IMG/VR virus record: IMGVR_UViG_3300020202_000017
Reading direction: 5' to 3' (one strand)
DNA: 49,607 bases
DNA from: a virus
In this document: piece by piece, positions 8,844 to 17,587 of the stretch
Layout of the letters: each line of letters begins with the position of its first letter
How positions within the stretch are numbered: position 1 is the first letter of the stretch
Notes under the pieces: generated by a model
Told to the model about the DNA's origin: nothing
Seen by the model: only the letters and a program-made list of their open reading frames with translations
Databases searched by the model: none
Made by a program: the position numbers and the translations under genes

Positions 8844-9788
8844 ATGGGAGTCACCGTAATCAACCAAGCGGGCCCATACTTCACTCCGACCGGGGCCTAC
8901 GTCCCGAGTGCGGGGGAGTGCTTCTACGTCGGAAGCTCTCTTCCCGCCGGGCAAATCGGAGAGAAGATTGCCGACAGGTTCTACACGACCACTGACAAGG
9001 CGCTCAACGCCTGCGTCTCTGGCCGTGGAGATACTGTCTACTGGCTCCCGGGGTACTCGGAGAGCATCGCCGCCGCCGATGCATGGTCGTCCCTCGGCAG
9101 CAAGACGGACGTTACCTGCGTCGGTCTCGGACGCGGGACGAACCGGGCGACGTTTATCTGGACCGCTGCCACCTCCACCGTCCTCATGGACGCGGCCAAC
9201 TTCCGCATCTCCAACGTCAACATGTACATGGCCGGCTCGACCGCTGCGACCGACGCCCTTACGGTTGCAGCTCCCATTACTGCCTCGGCCGCTGGCTGCG
9301 CCATCACGAACAGCTTCATCAACTTCGGGGTGGCTGCTGACAAGAAGGTGACAATCGGCATCACGACCACGGCGGCTGCCGATGACTTCCTGCTCGACAA
9401 CCTCCAGTGCGTCTCGGATACCGCGGCTGAGTGCACCACGTTCATTCAGTTCGTAGGGGCTGACCGGAGTGTTGTGAGGAACGTTTCGATCCAGGGGGCA
9501 ACCAGCTCCACCACGGTCGGGACGGTTCGCTTCCTGACCACCGCCTCCACCCAAATTTACTGGGAGAACTGCACCGTCCAGAACATGAAGGCCGCTTCTA
9601 TCCACGCGGTCACTTCGATGGCTGGCGTAACCGGGCAGGTTGTCAGGTGCAACTTCGGCATCCTCGACAACGCTACCCTGGCCGGCTGGGTTCCCTCTGG
9701 CGCTGGCAACGGTCCTCAGCTCTTCGGCTGCAAGACCACGAACCTGGCTGCTGAGAACGGCGCCGATACCACGCCGGTTAGCGCGTAA
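8844..9788 (+). CDS. Right-handed beta-helix (pectin-lyase-fold-like) virion protein, 314 aa
   Basis: GAGGAG RBS. N-cap-like motif ..ALNACVSGRGDTVYWLPGYSESI.. is followed by periodic N/T/G/V-rich repeats (..FRISNVNMY.., ..CAITNSFINF.., ..VVRNVSIQG..). Confidence 0.5.
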   Translation: MGVTVINQAGPYFTPTGAYVPSAGECFYVGSSLPAGQIGEKIADRFYTTTDKALNACVSGRGDTVYWLPGYSESIAAADAWSSLGSKTDVTCVGLGRGTNRATFIWTAATSTVLMDAANFRISNVNMYMAGSTAATDALTVAAPITASAAGCAITNSFINFGVAADKKVTIGITTTAAADDFLLDNLQCVSDTAAECTTFIQFVGADRSVVRNVSIQGATSSTTVGTVRFLTTASTQIYWENCTVQNMKAASIHAVTSMAGVTGQVVRCNFGILDNATLAGWVPSGAGNGPQLFGCKTTNLAAENGADTTPVSA

Positions 9789-9809
9789 ACACCTAGCCCG
9801 GAGGGGCGC

Positions 9810-10622
9810 ATGGCTAGCCCGAACATCTACAGCGGCGGCCTGAACCTCTCCGGGACGGTCTTCGCCGGTGGCCCGGAAATCCTCCAACTGGACCCCACCT
9901 ACCTATCAGGTGGGGTTCAGTGGGTGGACACCATCTCCGGCAACAACGCCAACGCCGGGACCGACCCGGAGCTGCCTGTCGCCACGCTTGCTCAGGCCGT
10001 AACGAACTCATCTGCCAACGGCGTCATCGTCATCGGAGCCGGGTCTTCCGAGTCCCTCAGCGGTTCGCAGAGCGTCGCCCTGGCCGGCCTGTTCATTGTC
10101 GGCTGTGGGGCTGGCTCTAGTCGCCCGCGCTATACCTGCACTGGGGCCGTCGACTTGCTGGCGGTATCCGCCGCTGGGGTGCGGATTCAGAATCTCTACT
10201 TTCCAGCCTCCACGGCCGCCGCCACCGCCCGTATCGCCTTCACCTCCACCAACGGCCTCGTCCGAGACTGCTATTTCGAGTGTGGGTCGTCCGACACCAA
10301 CCGGGCGGTTCGGGTCCACACCGGCGCCAACAGTACCCGCATTCGCGGCTGCACGTTCGCCGTGACGGCCTCCAGGCCGGCCATCGGGCTCGAGATATCG
10401 GCTGCCGTCACAGATACGGAGGTCGAAAGCTGCATCTTCTCTGGCGGGTCGTACGGATGGAGCGACTACGCCTTCAAGGTGTCCGCAGCTGCCACGCGCA
10501 TCGTCATCAACGACGTAACCCTGTCGAACCGCTCTGACTTCGGGGCGACTGTCACCGGGACCTCTTACCAGCTCTTCGGCCTGTCCAACGACGGGACTAG
10601 CAGGGCTCTCATCACGGCGTAA
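9810..10622 (+). CDS. Second beta-helix repeat virion protein, 270 aa
   Basis: GGAGGGG RBS. ..LPVATLAQAVTNSSANGVIVIGAGSSE.. then repeated ..VRIQNLYF.., ..VRDCYFEC.., ..IRGCTFAV.., ..VESCIFSG.. rungs. Confidence 0.5.
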   Translation: MASPNIYSGGLNLSGTVFAGGPEILQLDPTYLSGGVQWVDTISGNNANAGTDPELPVATLAQAVTNSSANGVIVIGAGSSESLSGSQSVALAGLFIVGCGAGSSRPRYTCTGAVDLLAVSAAGVRIQNLYFPASTAAATARIAFTSTNGLVRDCYFECGSSDTNRAVRVHTGANSTRIRGCTFAVTASRPAIGLEISAAVTDTEVESCIFSGGSYGWSDYAFKVSAAATRIVINDVTLSNRSDFGATVTGTSYQLFGLSNDGTSRALITA

Positions 10623-12241
10623 TGGGCGGAACCACCCACTACGTCCCCTGGGATTACCAGCGGGTTTGCGACATCTGCGGCGTGGTCCGGAACCGCTCGA
10701 CCATGATCCAAAGACCCGGGTCGGTCTTCATCTGTCCTCGCCACCGGAACGAGCGGACTGAGCTCGAGCTCTCCGAGCTGAACGCAAACATTGAGCCCTA
10801 CAAAATTCTCCCCGCCCCTGACCCCAAGCCCCAAAACTACGACTCGCCGAACACCTACCGAGCAGACGACGCGGCGATTTTCAACTTCCTGCTCAGCCGT
10901 TCGGCTCGCTATCGAAACGTGACCAACGGCATGGGGGCGGATTTGACCCCCGGCTACCGACTTCAGACATGGGGTTGGGCGGCCCGCTACTTCTACGACC
11001 TTATCCAGCAGAACACCGCCAACCCGATAATGCTGGCGCAGGCGAGAACTCAACTCGCCTCCATCGCCGACAGCCTGCGAGCCATCCAGCTCGGCGGGCC
11101 GTCGTTCGCTGCGTTCACGCGGGCAAACTCCGCCTTCTACGGCGCGTTCATCGACACTCAGCAGGCGACCATTGAGTACGTGACGGTAGACCAGGCGATT
11201 TGCGGCTTGGCCCTGCTCTACGCCTACCGCGTCCTAGGAACGCCCTCCTACCTTGCGTCTGCCGTCGCTTCCGCAAGCTTCCTCAGGAACATCCAGGCCA
11301 TCGGAGCGCATGGGACCAACTTCACCTCGAAAGACTCCGCCGGAACCGTCCGCCTCTACACGGGAGCGCTTACCAGCTTCGTCCCGAACGTAAACGGACT
11401 TTACTCCGACCATCGGTTCTACCCGTCCTGTCTGGTTGCCCTGGACTTCTGGAGCCAGCTCAAAACCACCGCTGGGGATGTAGATGTCGGGGCGTCGAGC
11501 GCGGTCCTCGGCTTCGATTCTGTCCCAGACTGCCTGCTATCGGAGGCTATTTCCGACCTGCGTAGCTTCTGGTCTACCGGCGTCGCGAATGCCGGCTCGT
11601 CCGCCGTCGTCAACGGGTTCTCTTCGTCTACCCCGTTCGAGTGCTTCAACGCCTACCCGCAGACAAAGCCCAACACGACCGTCACGGGGACCGGGACCTG
11701 GGAGTATCAGGATGGCATCTCCCTTGTCACGGGGCTCAATTGGGCCCAGGGGCTAGGCGCTCTCTACGCGTACGAGGGAGCGTCGACGCAGGTGACGTCC
11801 ATCCTGTCGTACCTGCGAGGGTTCGACAGTAACTCGAGCTACGAGACCCCAGCCAACACGCCGACCTCTGTCCTGGCCGCCGGCTCCACCGGGGAATACA
11901 ACGCCACCCAGGGCATCGCCACGCTTCTCCAGGTCGCGGGCACGGGCTCTCCCAGAAATGGCTCCTCTCTGTACGACTGGGGCGCGTTCGGGTGCGTGGC
12001 TCGCCTTTGGAACGCCAGGCACGCGGCGGACTTCAAGGCCGCTCGGCTGAACGTCATCGGAGTTACCCAGAGGTTCGATAACGGGACAAGGTCAGACGGA
12101 GACCAGTACGACCGCATAGCCCTGCGTGGTCGCTCGGGCCTCACGTTTCAGACCTCGTTCACTGAGTCTGTCCTTGGGGGGACGTATCGGGTGAAAGACG
12201 CGCAGGCAGCGGCGCAGTGGGGAGTGGCGTACCGGCTATGA
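10622..12241 (+). CDS. Virion protein with an N-terminal Cys/His knuckle and a possible (alpha/alpha)-barrel glycosidase-like body, 539 aa
   Basis: TAATG overlap with the upstream gene. N-terminus CDICG..x17..CPRH. The central region (..ALLYAYRVLGTPSYLASAVASASFLRNIQ..) resembles alpha/alpha-toroid glycoside hydrolases. Assignment is weak. Confidence 0.35.
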   Translation: MGGTTHYVPWDYQRVCDICGVVRNRSTMIQRPGSVFICPRHRNERTELELSELNANIEPYKILPAPDPKPQNYDSPNTYRADDAAIFNFLLSRSARYRNVTNGMGADLTPGYRLQTWGWAARYFYDLIQQNTANPIMLAQARTQLASIADSLRAIQLGGPSFAAFTRANSAFYGAFIDTQQATIEYVTVDQAICGLALLYAYRVLGTPSYLASAVASASFLRNIQAIGAHGTNFTSKDSAGTVRLYTGALTSFVPNVNGLYSDHRFYPSCLVALDFWSQLKTTAGDVDVGASSAVLGFDSVPDCLLSEAISDLRSFWSTGVANAGSSAVVNGFSSSTPFECFNAYPQTKPNTTVTGTGTWEYQDGISLVTGLNWAQGLGALYAYEGASTQVTSILSYLRGFDSNSSYETPANTPTSVLAAGSTGEYNATQGIATLLQVAGTGSPRNGSSLYDWGAFGCVARLWNARHAADFKAARLNVIGVTQRFDNGTRSDGDQYDRIALRGRSGLTFQTSFTESVLGGTYRVKDAQAAAQWGVAYRL

Positions 12242-12942
12242 GCATCTCCTCGTCCACCTCGTTCGACCTGACCCGGACTGGGATAATCCGGGTGGCTTAC
12301 CAGCTCATTGGAGTGGTTCCGGCCGGGGAAGACCCGTCGACGGCGCAACTGTCGCTCGGCACCGACCTCTTGAACGTCGAGCTCAAGGCGCTTCAGAACC
12401 GGGGAATCATCCTCACGAAGCTCGACGAGACGACCACGACCCTGGTTCAGGGGCAGGCGGAATACTCGACCGCCTCAGACACGCTCGATATCGACAGCCG
12501 GACGCCATACGTCACCGACACGTCCGGCAACGACTTCCCGGTCAAGTTCATCTCTCGGGCGATGTACATGCGCCTGACCGAGAAGGAGACCGAGTCCCAG
12601 CCGTCTCAGATGTACGTCGAGCGGGGGACTACGATCTCCTTCTTCCTCTACCCGACCCCCGACGCCTCCTGGGCGAGCATCACATACCCGCGGGTGAAGT
12701 TACTCACCGACATGGATTCGGCCGACATCAACACCGGCCTCCGGTCCAAGTACCTCAGGGGGATTGTCTTCTGGCTGGCCGCGGACCTGGCATTCCACCA
12801 CGGGCTCCTCGAGAAGCAGCGCTTTCTTAAAGCGGAGTGGGAGCAGGCCATCTCCGAGGCCGTAAATGACGACACGGAGCGGGGGCCAATTCAGATCAAA
12901 CCGGACTACGGGTATCGGTTCGGACGAAGAGGGAGACGGTAA
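12238..12942 (+). CDS. Head-to-tail adaptor, P22 gp4-like (putative)
   Basis: ATGA overlap with the upstream stop (the track ORF opens earlier, at 12217). The N-terminal helix ..GIIRVAYQLIGVVPAGEDPSTAQLSLGTDLLNVELKALQNRG.. resembles podovirus adaptor proteins. Position is consistent with this call. Confidence 0.4.
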   Translation: MSISSSTSFDLTRTGIIRVAYQLIGVVPAGEDPSTAQLSLGTDLLNVELKALQNRGIILTKLDETTTTLVQGQAEYSTASDTLDIDSRTPYVTDTSGNDFPVKFISRAMYMRLTEKETESQPSQMYVERGTTISFFLYPTPDASWASITYPRVKLLTDMDSADINTGLRSKYLRGIVFWLAADLAFHHGLLEKQRFLKAEWEQAISEAVNDDTERGPIQIKPDYGYRFGRRGRR

Positions 12943-14474
12943 TGGCCTCGCTTCTGACAGAACTGGTTATCTCCGGCTCCCGAAAGAGCGACGGGACGGC
13001 GAACGCATCCGGAAAGGTCTACGCCTACATCCCCGGTACCAGCACGTCGGTCCCCGTGTATTCGAGCTCTGACGCCTCGACGATAGCGACCCAGCCTCTC
13101 ACGCTGGACTCGGGCGGAAGAATCAACCGAACGGACTACCCGTCCGGAATTTGGGTCACTCGCCCGGTTCGGCTGCTGATTCAGGACTCGGCAGGAAGTA
13201 CCGTCTCCGATTCGACCTACTACCCGGCCACGGCGAACAACGTCGCCATGGACAACGATGGGTTCACCGGCACGACGGTGGACGAGGCCCTGGACGCCGC
13301 CTACACGAGCACCGGGGGACAGGACTTCAAGTACCTGGAGAGCGCGGGGGCTACCGCCAGGACTATCAAGGCGAAGTTCTCCGAGCTGGGTATATCGGTA
13401 AAAGACTTCGGCGCCGTCGGGGACGGGGTGACGGTCGACACGTCGGCAATTCAGCAGGCGATGAACCGGGCCAAGGTTCTCTCGGTCCCGGTGATGTTCC
13501 CTGGCGGTACCTACAAGATTGACCAGGCCCTTGCGCTCACGAGCGCGACGGGGGTTTCGCTCATTGGCGCCGGCTCGGCCTCCGCCATCATCTCGAACAC
13601 CCACGCCACCGGGAACGCCTTCACACTGACGTCTTGCACTGGGTTCAGGGTCGAGGGTCTGGCTATCACCAACGCCACTGCGGGCACGAACACGGGAATC
13701 GGTCTCTCCCTCGTTAGCTGCTCGAACGTTATCGTCACGGCGTCGAAAATCACCGAACACGGTACCGGCATCAGCATCACCGGGACGGCGCCCGGGAACA
13801 TTATCGTGACCGGCGGGACCATCGTCGAGGCGGCTGCCATCGGAGCGAACGCCCGGGGCATAATGGTCAACCCGACGACCAGTCCGGCCACTGGCACCAA
13901 GTTCGCCGCCATCGGCTGCAACTTGTCTGGGGCGGGCAACTCGTCCAGCGCCAGCATCGAGTTCGCTGGCTCTGCGAACCATTGCACCGTCACGGGTTGC
14001 ACATTCTACGGCGCCGCTAACGTCCGGTTCGATTCCGCGCTCACCGGCACTAACTTCTACATCTTCTCCAATAGCTACCCGTCTGGACTGGCGCAGGTAA
14101 TCGAAGCCGCCACCGAGCCGTCCGCTCTCCTTACTGACGTCACGAACAACGCCACAACCGAGACGATGACCGGCACGGGGACGGCGACCACGCCTGACCG
14201 CAGCCGCTTCAACCTGTTTCGCATCAACGTCACTGGGGCGGGCGCGACGATCACAATCCCCGCGCCAACCCCAATCCCCAGCGCGGACTCCGACGCGATT
14301 ATCCGGTTCCGCCTCTACAACAACAACGCTGGAGCGACAACCTACACCTTCAACGCCGTCTACCACCTCGCCTCAGCTATCAGCACGACGGCCGGGAACC
14401 AGACGGAAATTGAACTCCATTGGGACTGGTCGCGGTCAATCTGGGTCGAGGCCTACCGAGCGGTGACGACGTGA
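12942..14474 (+). CDS. Tailspike/depolymerase with a pectate-lyase-3-type beta-helix
   Basis: Hallmark ISVKDFGAVGDGVTVDTSAIQQAMNRA..VMFPGGTYKI motif followed by beta-helix rungs. 510 aa. Confidence 0.8.
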   Translation: MASLLTELVISGSRKSDGTANASGKVYAYIPGTSTSVPVYSSSDASTIATQPLTLDSGGRINRTDYPSGIWVTRPVRLLIQDSAGSTVSDSTYYPATANNVAMDNDGFTGTTVDEALDAAYTSTGGQDFKYLESAGATARTIKAKFSELGISVKDFGAVGDGVTVDTSAIQQAMNRAKVLSVPVMFPGGTYKIDQALALTSATGVSLIGAGSASAIISNTHATGNAFTLTSCTGFRVEGLAITNATAGTNTGIGLSLVSCSNVIVTASKITEHGTGISITGTAPGNIIVTGGTIVEAAAIGANARGIMVNPTTSPATGTKFAAIGCNLSGAGNSSSASIEFAGSANHCTVTGCTFYGAANVRFDSALTGTNFYIFSNSYPSGLAQVIEAATEPSALLTDVTNNATTETMTGTGTATTPDRSRFNLFRINVTGAGATITIPAPTPIPSADSDAIIRFRLYNNNAGATTYTFNAVYHLASAISTTAGNQTEIELHWDWSRSIWVEAYRAVTT

Positions 14475-14476
14475 TG

Positions 14477-14848
14477 CTACTGGCAGGACTGCCGGGCGCC
14501 CGTCGGCGTGCAGTACGTCGCCACCCGTCGCAGCATCCAGACGGAGTTTTCGGGCTGGCTCGGCATCGTGACCGCCATCGAATCGCCAGAGAAGACCACC
14601 CGGGCCTCCGGGAAGCCAGCAAGCCGGAGCGTCCGACCCTGCACTTCCCACCGCGCAGGCCCCACGATAGCGCCGTTAGGGGCTACATAGGCGTAGTCGC
14701 CGGTAGGAGCGAGCGCGAGGGTCGCGCGGCCGGCCTGCCACGTGCCAATGAGTTCCCCGGCCGTCAGTGGCGAGGCTGCCTCCGTCGTCGCCGGCAACCC
14801 CTCGCATCCACCCAGCAGAACGGCAGCAATCAACAGTACGCGCTTCAT
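14477..14848 (-). CDS. Lipoprotein (moron; candidate receptor-blocking or superinfection-exclusion factor)
   Basis: Signal peptide plus lipobox: MKRVLLIAAVLLGG|C. It is the only reversed gene in the late operon and converges on the tailspike stop with a 2-nt gap. AAGGGA RBS. Confidence 0.7.
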   Translation of the reverse strand: MKRVLLIAAVLLGGCEGLPATTEAASPLTAGELIGTWQAGRATLALAPTGDYAYVAPNGAIVGPARWEVQGRTLRLAGFPEARVVFSGDSMAVTMPSQPENSVWMLRRVATYCTPTGARQSCQ

Positions 14849-14849
14849 G

Positions 14850-14904
14850 TTCAGTCCCTTTCGTCGCCAGTCCCTTTGGTAGTGGGGAAGCCGGGGGGAC
14901 TGAA
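14850..14904 (-). promoter_or_regulatory. 5' leader repeats of the lipoprotein mRNA: UUCAGUCCC can pair with either of two AAAGGGACUG copies, one of which covers the RBS
   Basis: On the plus strand: TTCAGTCCC at 14850-14858, CAGTCCCTTT at 14852-14861 and 14868-14877, and GGGACTGAA at 14896-14904 (a 9-nt perfect inverted repeat). Confidence 0.4.
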
Positions 14905-14990
14905 CGTTCCCGGCCTTTCACTGTGGGTCATGACTCCGCAGCTACCCCACACCAGGGTCAGGCACTTCGATCTGAACCGCAATCCGGGGC

Positions 14991-16448
14991 ATGCGTTCAG
15001 TGGGTGAGCCCAAGCCCATACCGTTCAACGCAGGCCAGATGTCTGGTTTATCCGAGCTGTCCGGGGCCGCCCCTGCGTTCATCAACTTCCTCGCCGATGC
15101 GGCCGGGGCTATTCGCGTCAGGCCGGGCATAGAGCCATGGAGCGACTTCCCGGACGAAACCCCCAATGAATCCCCCGTTATCGGAATGTTCGCCTGGCGG
15201 ACGTATCTCCTCTACGTCACGCAAGACCGGAAGCTCTGGGCGTGGGAAGCGACCGGAGGGGTTCAGGCGCTCTCAGACTCCACAACCACGACCCAGCTAG
15301 ATGGCTCCCTCCGGCCTGTCTGGACCTGCGACAGCACCCGGGTTGTGGTGACCGGGGGAGGGGCCCCGCAGACCTGGCAGGGCACCGGCCTTAGCTCGAG
15401 GCTCTCTCCCGCCGCCACAACCCCAAGCGGCTCCCCGCTCGCCCTAACCCACATCGCCTATGCCGGCCAGCGGTTCATCGGCAACACCAACGACAACACC
15501 GGCTACCTCCAGTGGACCCCGCCGGGGCCTGGAAACCACACCTCCTGGCCCATCGTCGGTCCCTACTACTCCGAGGCGGAAGCCGCCCCCGACCCGGTAA
15601 TCGCCCTCCACGCGAACTCTAACGAGGTCTTCGCCTTCGGAACGGAGACTCTCCAGGTCTACCAGCCAGACCCGGTCATCGCCTTCACTGTATCCGCCTC
15701 CAAGCAGGCCGGATGCTCAGCCCCATATTCGGTCATCGAGGTCGAAGACGAGGGATTTGCGTGGCTGGACGATAAACGCCGCCTGGTCTTCTCGAATGGC
15801 CGCGAGGTCCAACCTCTCAGCTCCCCCGCCCTGGCCGCTGATATCGACCGATTCACTGTCGTAGAGGATTGCTGGGGTGCGTTCCTTCGCATCGGCTCCC
15901 ACGAGCTCCTCCTGTGGGTATTCCCAACCGAGAAGCGGGGGCCCTATTACGACCGCACCACAAAGAAGTGGGGCGAGTTTCGCTCAATCGATGACAACGG
16001 TGAGTGGCAAAGCTGGATTGCGAATTGCCACTATTATTGGAGTGACCGTAATTTGCACCTCATTGGATTGTCGGACGGTACAATTGGGGTGTTGACTTTC
16101 GACGCTTTCGACGACAACGGAACGACCATCCGGGCGGTCTCCCGAACGGGATTCCAGGACCACGGTACGTTCAATCGAAAGCTCTGTGAGCGCGTCGACG
16201 TCCAGCTAAAGAGAGGCGATACCGTCCCGCCGGCAACGCCTCCGACTGTCGAGGTCCGTTACCGCGACGACCTGGGAGCGTTTCAGCCTTCGTTGCGGTT
16301 CTCGATGGGGGCGGCTCATTACCAGCCGGTCCAAAGTGCGTGGGCTCAGCGCGAATACCGGCAACGCCAGTGGGAGCTCGAATGGTCCGGCGGGTCTGAG
16401 TTTCTGCTCGCCGGGGCCAGCGAACAAATCGTCGTAGGAGACACCTAA
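14991..16448 (+). CDS. Tail hub protein, P22 gp10-like (putative)
   Basis: 485 aa, downstream of the adaptor and tailspike. Segments such as ..FLRIGSHELLLWVFP.. and the overall beta-propeller-like style recall P22 gp10 (from memory only). Start is uncertain. Confidence 0.45.
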   Translation: MRSVGEPKPIPFNAGQMSGLSELSGAAPAFINFLADAAGAIRVRPGIEPWSDFPDETPNESPVIGMFAWRTYLLYVTQDRKLWAWEATGGVQALSDSTTTTQLDGSLRPVWTCDSTRVVVTGGGAPQTWQGTGLSSRLSPAATTPSGSPLALTHIAYAGQRFIGNTNDNTGYLQWTPPGPGNHTSWPIVGPYYSEAEAAPDPVIALHANSNEVFAFGTETLQVYQPDPVIAFTVSASKQAGCSAPYSVIEVEDEGFAWLDDKRRLVFSNGREVQPLSSPALAADIDRFTVVEDCWGAFLRIGSHELLLWVFPTEKRGPYYDRTTKKWGEFRSIDDNGEWQSWIANCHYYWSDRNLHLIGLSDGTIGVLTFDAFDDNGTTIRAVSRTGFQDHGTFNRKLCERVDVQLKRGDTVPPATPPTVEVRYRDDLGAFQPSLRFSMGAAHYQPVQSAWAQREYRQRQWELEWSGGSEFLLAGASEQIVVGDT

Positions 16449-16835
16449 ATGGCCGACTACGGATGGATGGACGTCGCCTTCCCTCACATCGGCGCTCACA
16501 AGCTCGGCGGAGATGCGTGGGCCTATTTGAGTGGAGGTTCAAACCCGGTTACTGACATCTGGAACGAGGTCCGCGGTAACCCGCAGGACATCAAGGCTGC
16601 CTACGACCAGGCAATGGCAAGGGCCCAGCAGGGCGGGCAGCAGACGAAAGACTTTCTCCTGGGGCAGCAGGCGAAGGCGCAGCAGTTCTACGCCCCCATG
16701 CAGAAGATGTTTCAAGGCATGTACGGGACTGGTGGAATTCAGGCGCCTCAGGTTCCCGGGGTTCCTGGGTCTCAGCCGCTACAGCCGTCTCCACAGATGG
16801 CGGCGATGTTCAACGCCCCCGGCGGGAGGCGGTAA
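16449..16835 (+). CDS. Virion/ejection-module protein, 128 aa, Gln/Gly/Pro-rich
   Basis: ATG directly follows the upstream TAA. Low-complexity Q/G/P-rich composition. Confidence 0.5.
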   Translation: MADYGWMDVAFPHIGAHKLGGDAWAYLSGGSNPVTDIWNEVRGNPQDIKAAYDQAMARAQQGGQQTKDFLLGQQAKAQQFYAPMQKMFQGMYGTGGIQAPQVPGVPGSQPLQPSPQMAAMFNAPGGRR

Positions 16836-17587
16836 TGCCGACCATTCCTGGCTGGCCTCCTACGCAAAACACGAATGCGCCCAGACCTACTGGCATCAAC
16901 CCTCAGGCATTTCCTGGACAGAACAACGCGCGCTCCAATTCGCCCATACAGCCCGTACAGACGCAGGCCCAGCCAAAGACGCTAGGCCAGCCGGCCGCGC
17001 TAACCCCGGTTCAACGACTCCAGCAGGCCGCGAACACCGGGGCCACGTCCGACAGGACGGCGACGCAGACCATGACCCAAAACCGACTGCCAGAAGCAGC
17101 TCCGACCTACGGCTCCCACTCTGGCCCTGGAATTCTCGAGCAGTGGTTCAACCAGCGCGCGTCCGGTACAGACCCCGCCTACGAATACACGATGGGCAGG
17201 GGAATGGACGCCATCGACAACAGGATGGCTGCCGCCGGCTCGTTCAACTCTGGCGCCAGGGGACAGCAGCTCTCTGACTTCGCGGCCAACGCGGGGGCGC
17301 AGCGCATGTCCGCCCTCGACGCTCTGGCTGGTGGCGCATCTGGCGAGCACATGGGGCGTCTGAACTCGATGTTCGCGCAGGGCATGGGACTGGCTGGGGG
17401 ACAGGCTGGCGTTGCCGGCCAGTACGACACCGGGGCCGCTAACGCGATGAACTCGGCCAACCAAGCAATCCTGATGATGATGCTGAACAAGGCCGGGGTC
17501 GATTCGCAGGCGACGCAGGGATTCCTCAACAACCTGTTCAGCGGCCTCGGCCTGGCGGTCGGAGGCGGGGGCGGGAGGCCTGCCTAA
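16835..17587 (+). CDS. Internal virion/ejection protein candidate, 250 aa
   Basis: TAATG overlap. Gly/Ala/Gln/Asn-rich with a hydrophobic C-terminus (..AILMMMLNKAG..GLGLAVGGGGG). Confidence 0.45.
   Translation: MPTIPGWPPTQNTNAPRPTGINPQAFPGQNNARSNSPIQPVQTQAQPKTLGQPAALTPVQRLQQAANTGATSDRTATQTMTQNRLPEAAPTYGSHSGPGILEQWFNQRASGTDPAYEYTMGRGMDAIDNRMAAAGSFNSGARGQQLSDFAANAGAQRMSALDALAGGASGEHMGRLNSMFAQGMGLAGGQAGVAGQYDTGAANAMNSANQAILMMMLNKAGVDSQATQGFLNNLFSGLGLAVGGGGGRPA

Noticed and set aside
14991-15003. An alternative GTG start (15004) for the gp10-like gene.
   Set aside because: Neither candidate start has a clear RBS, so I kept the ATG from the track and flagged the start as uncertain.
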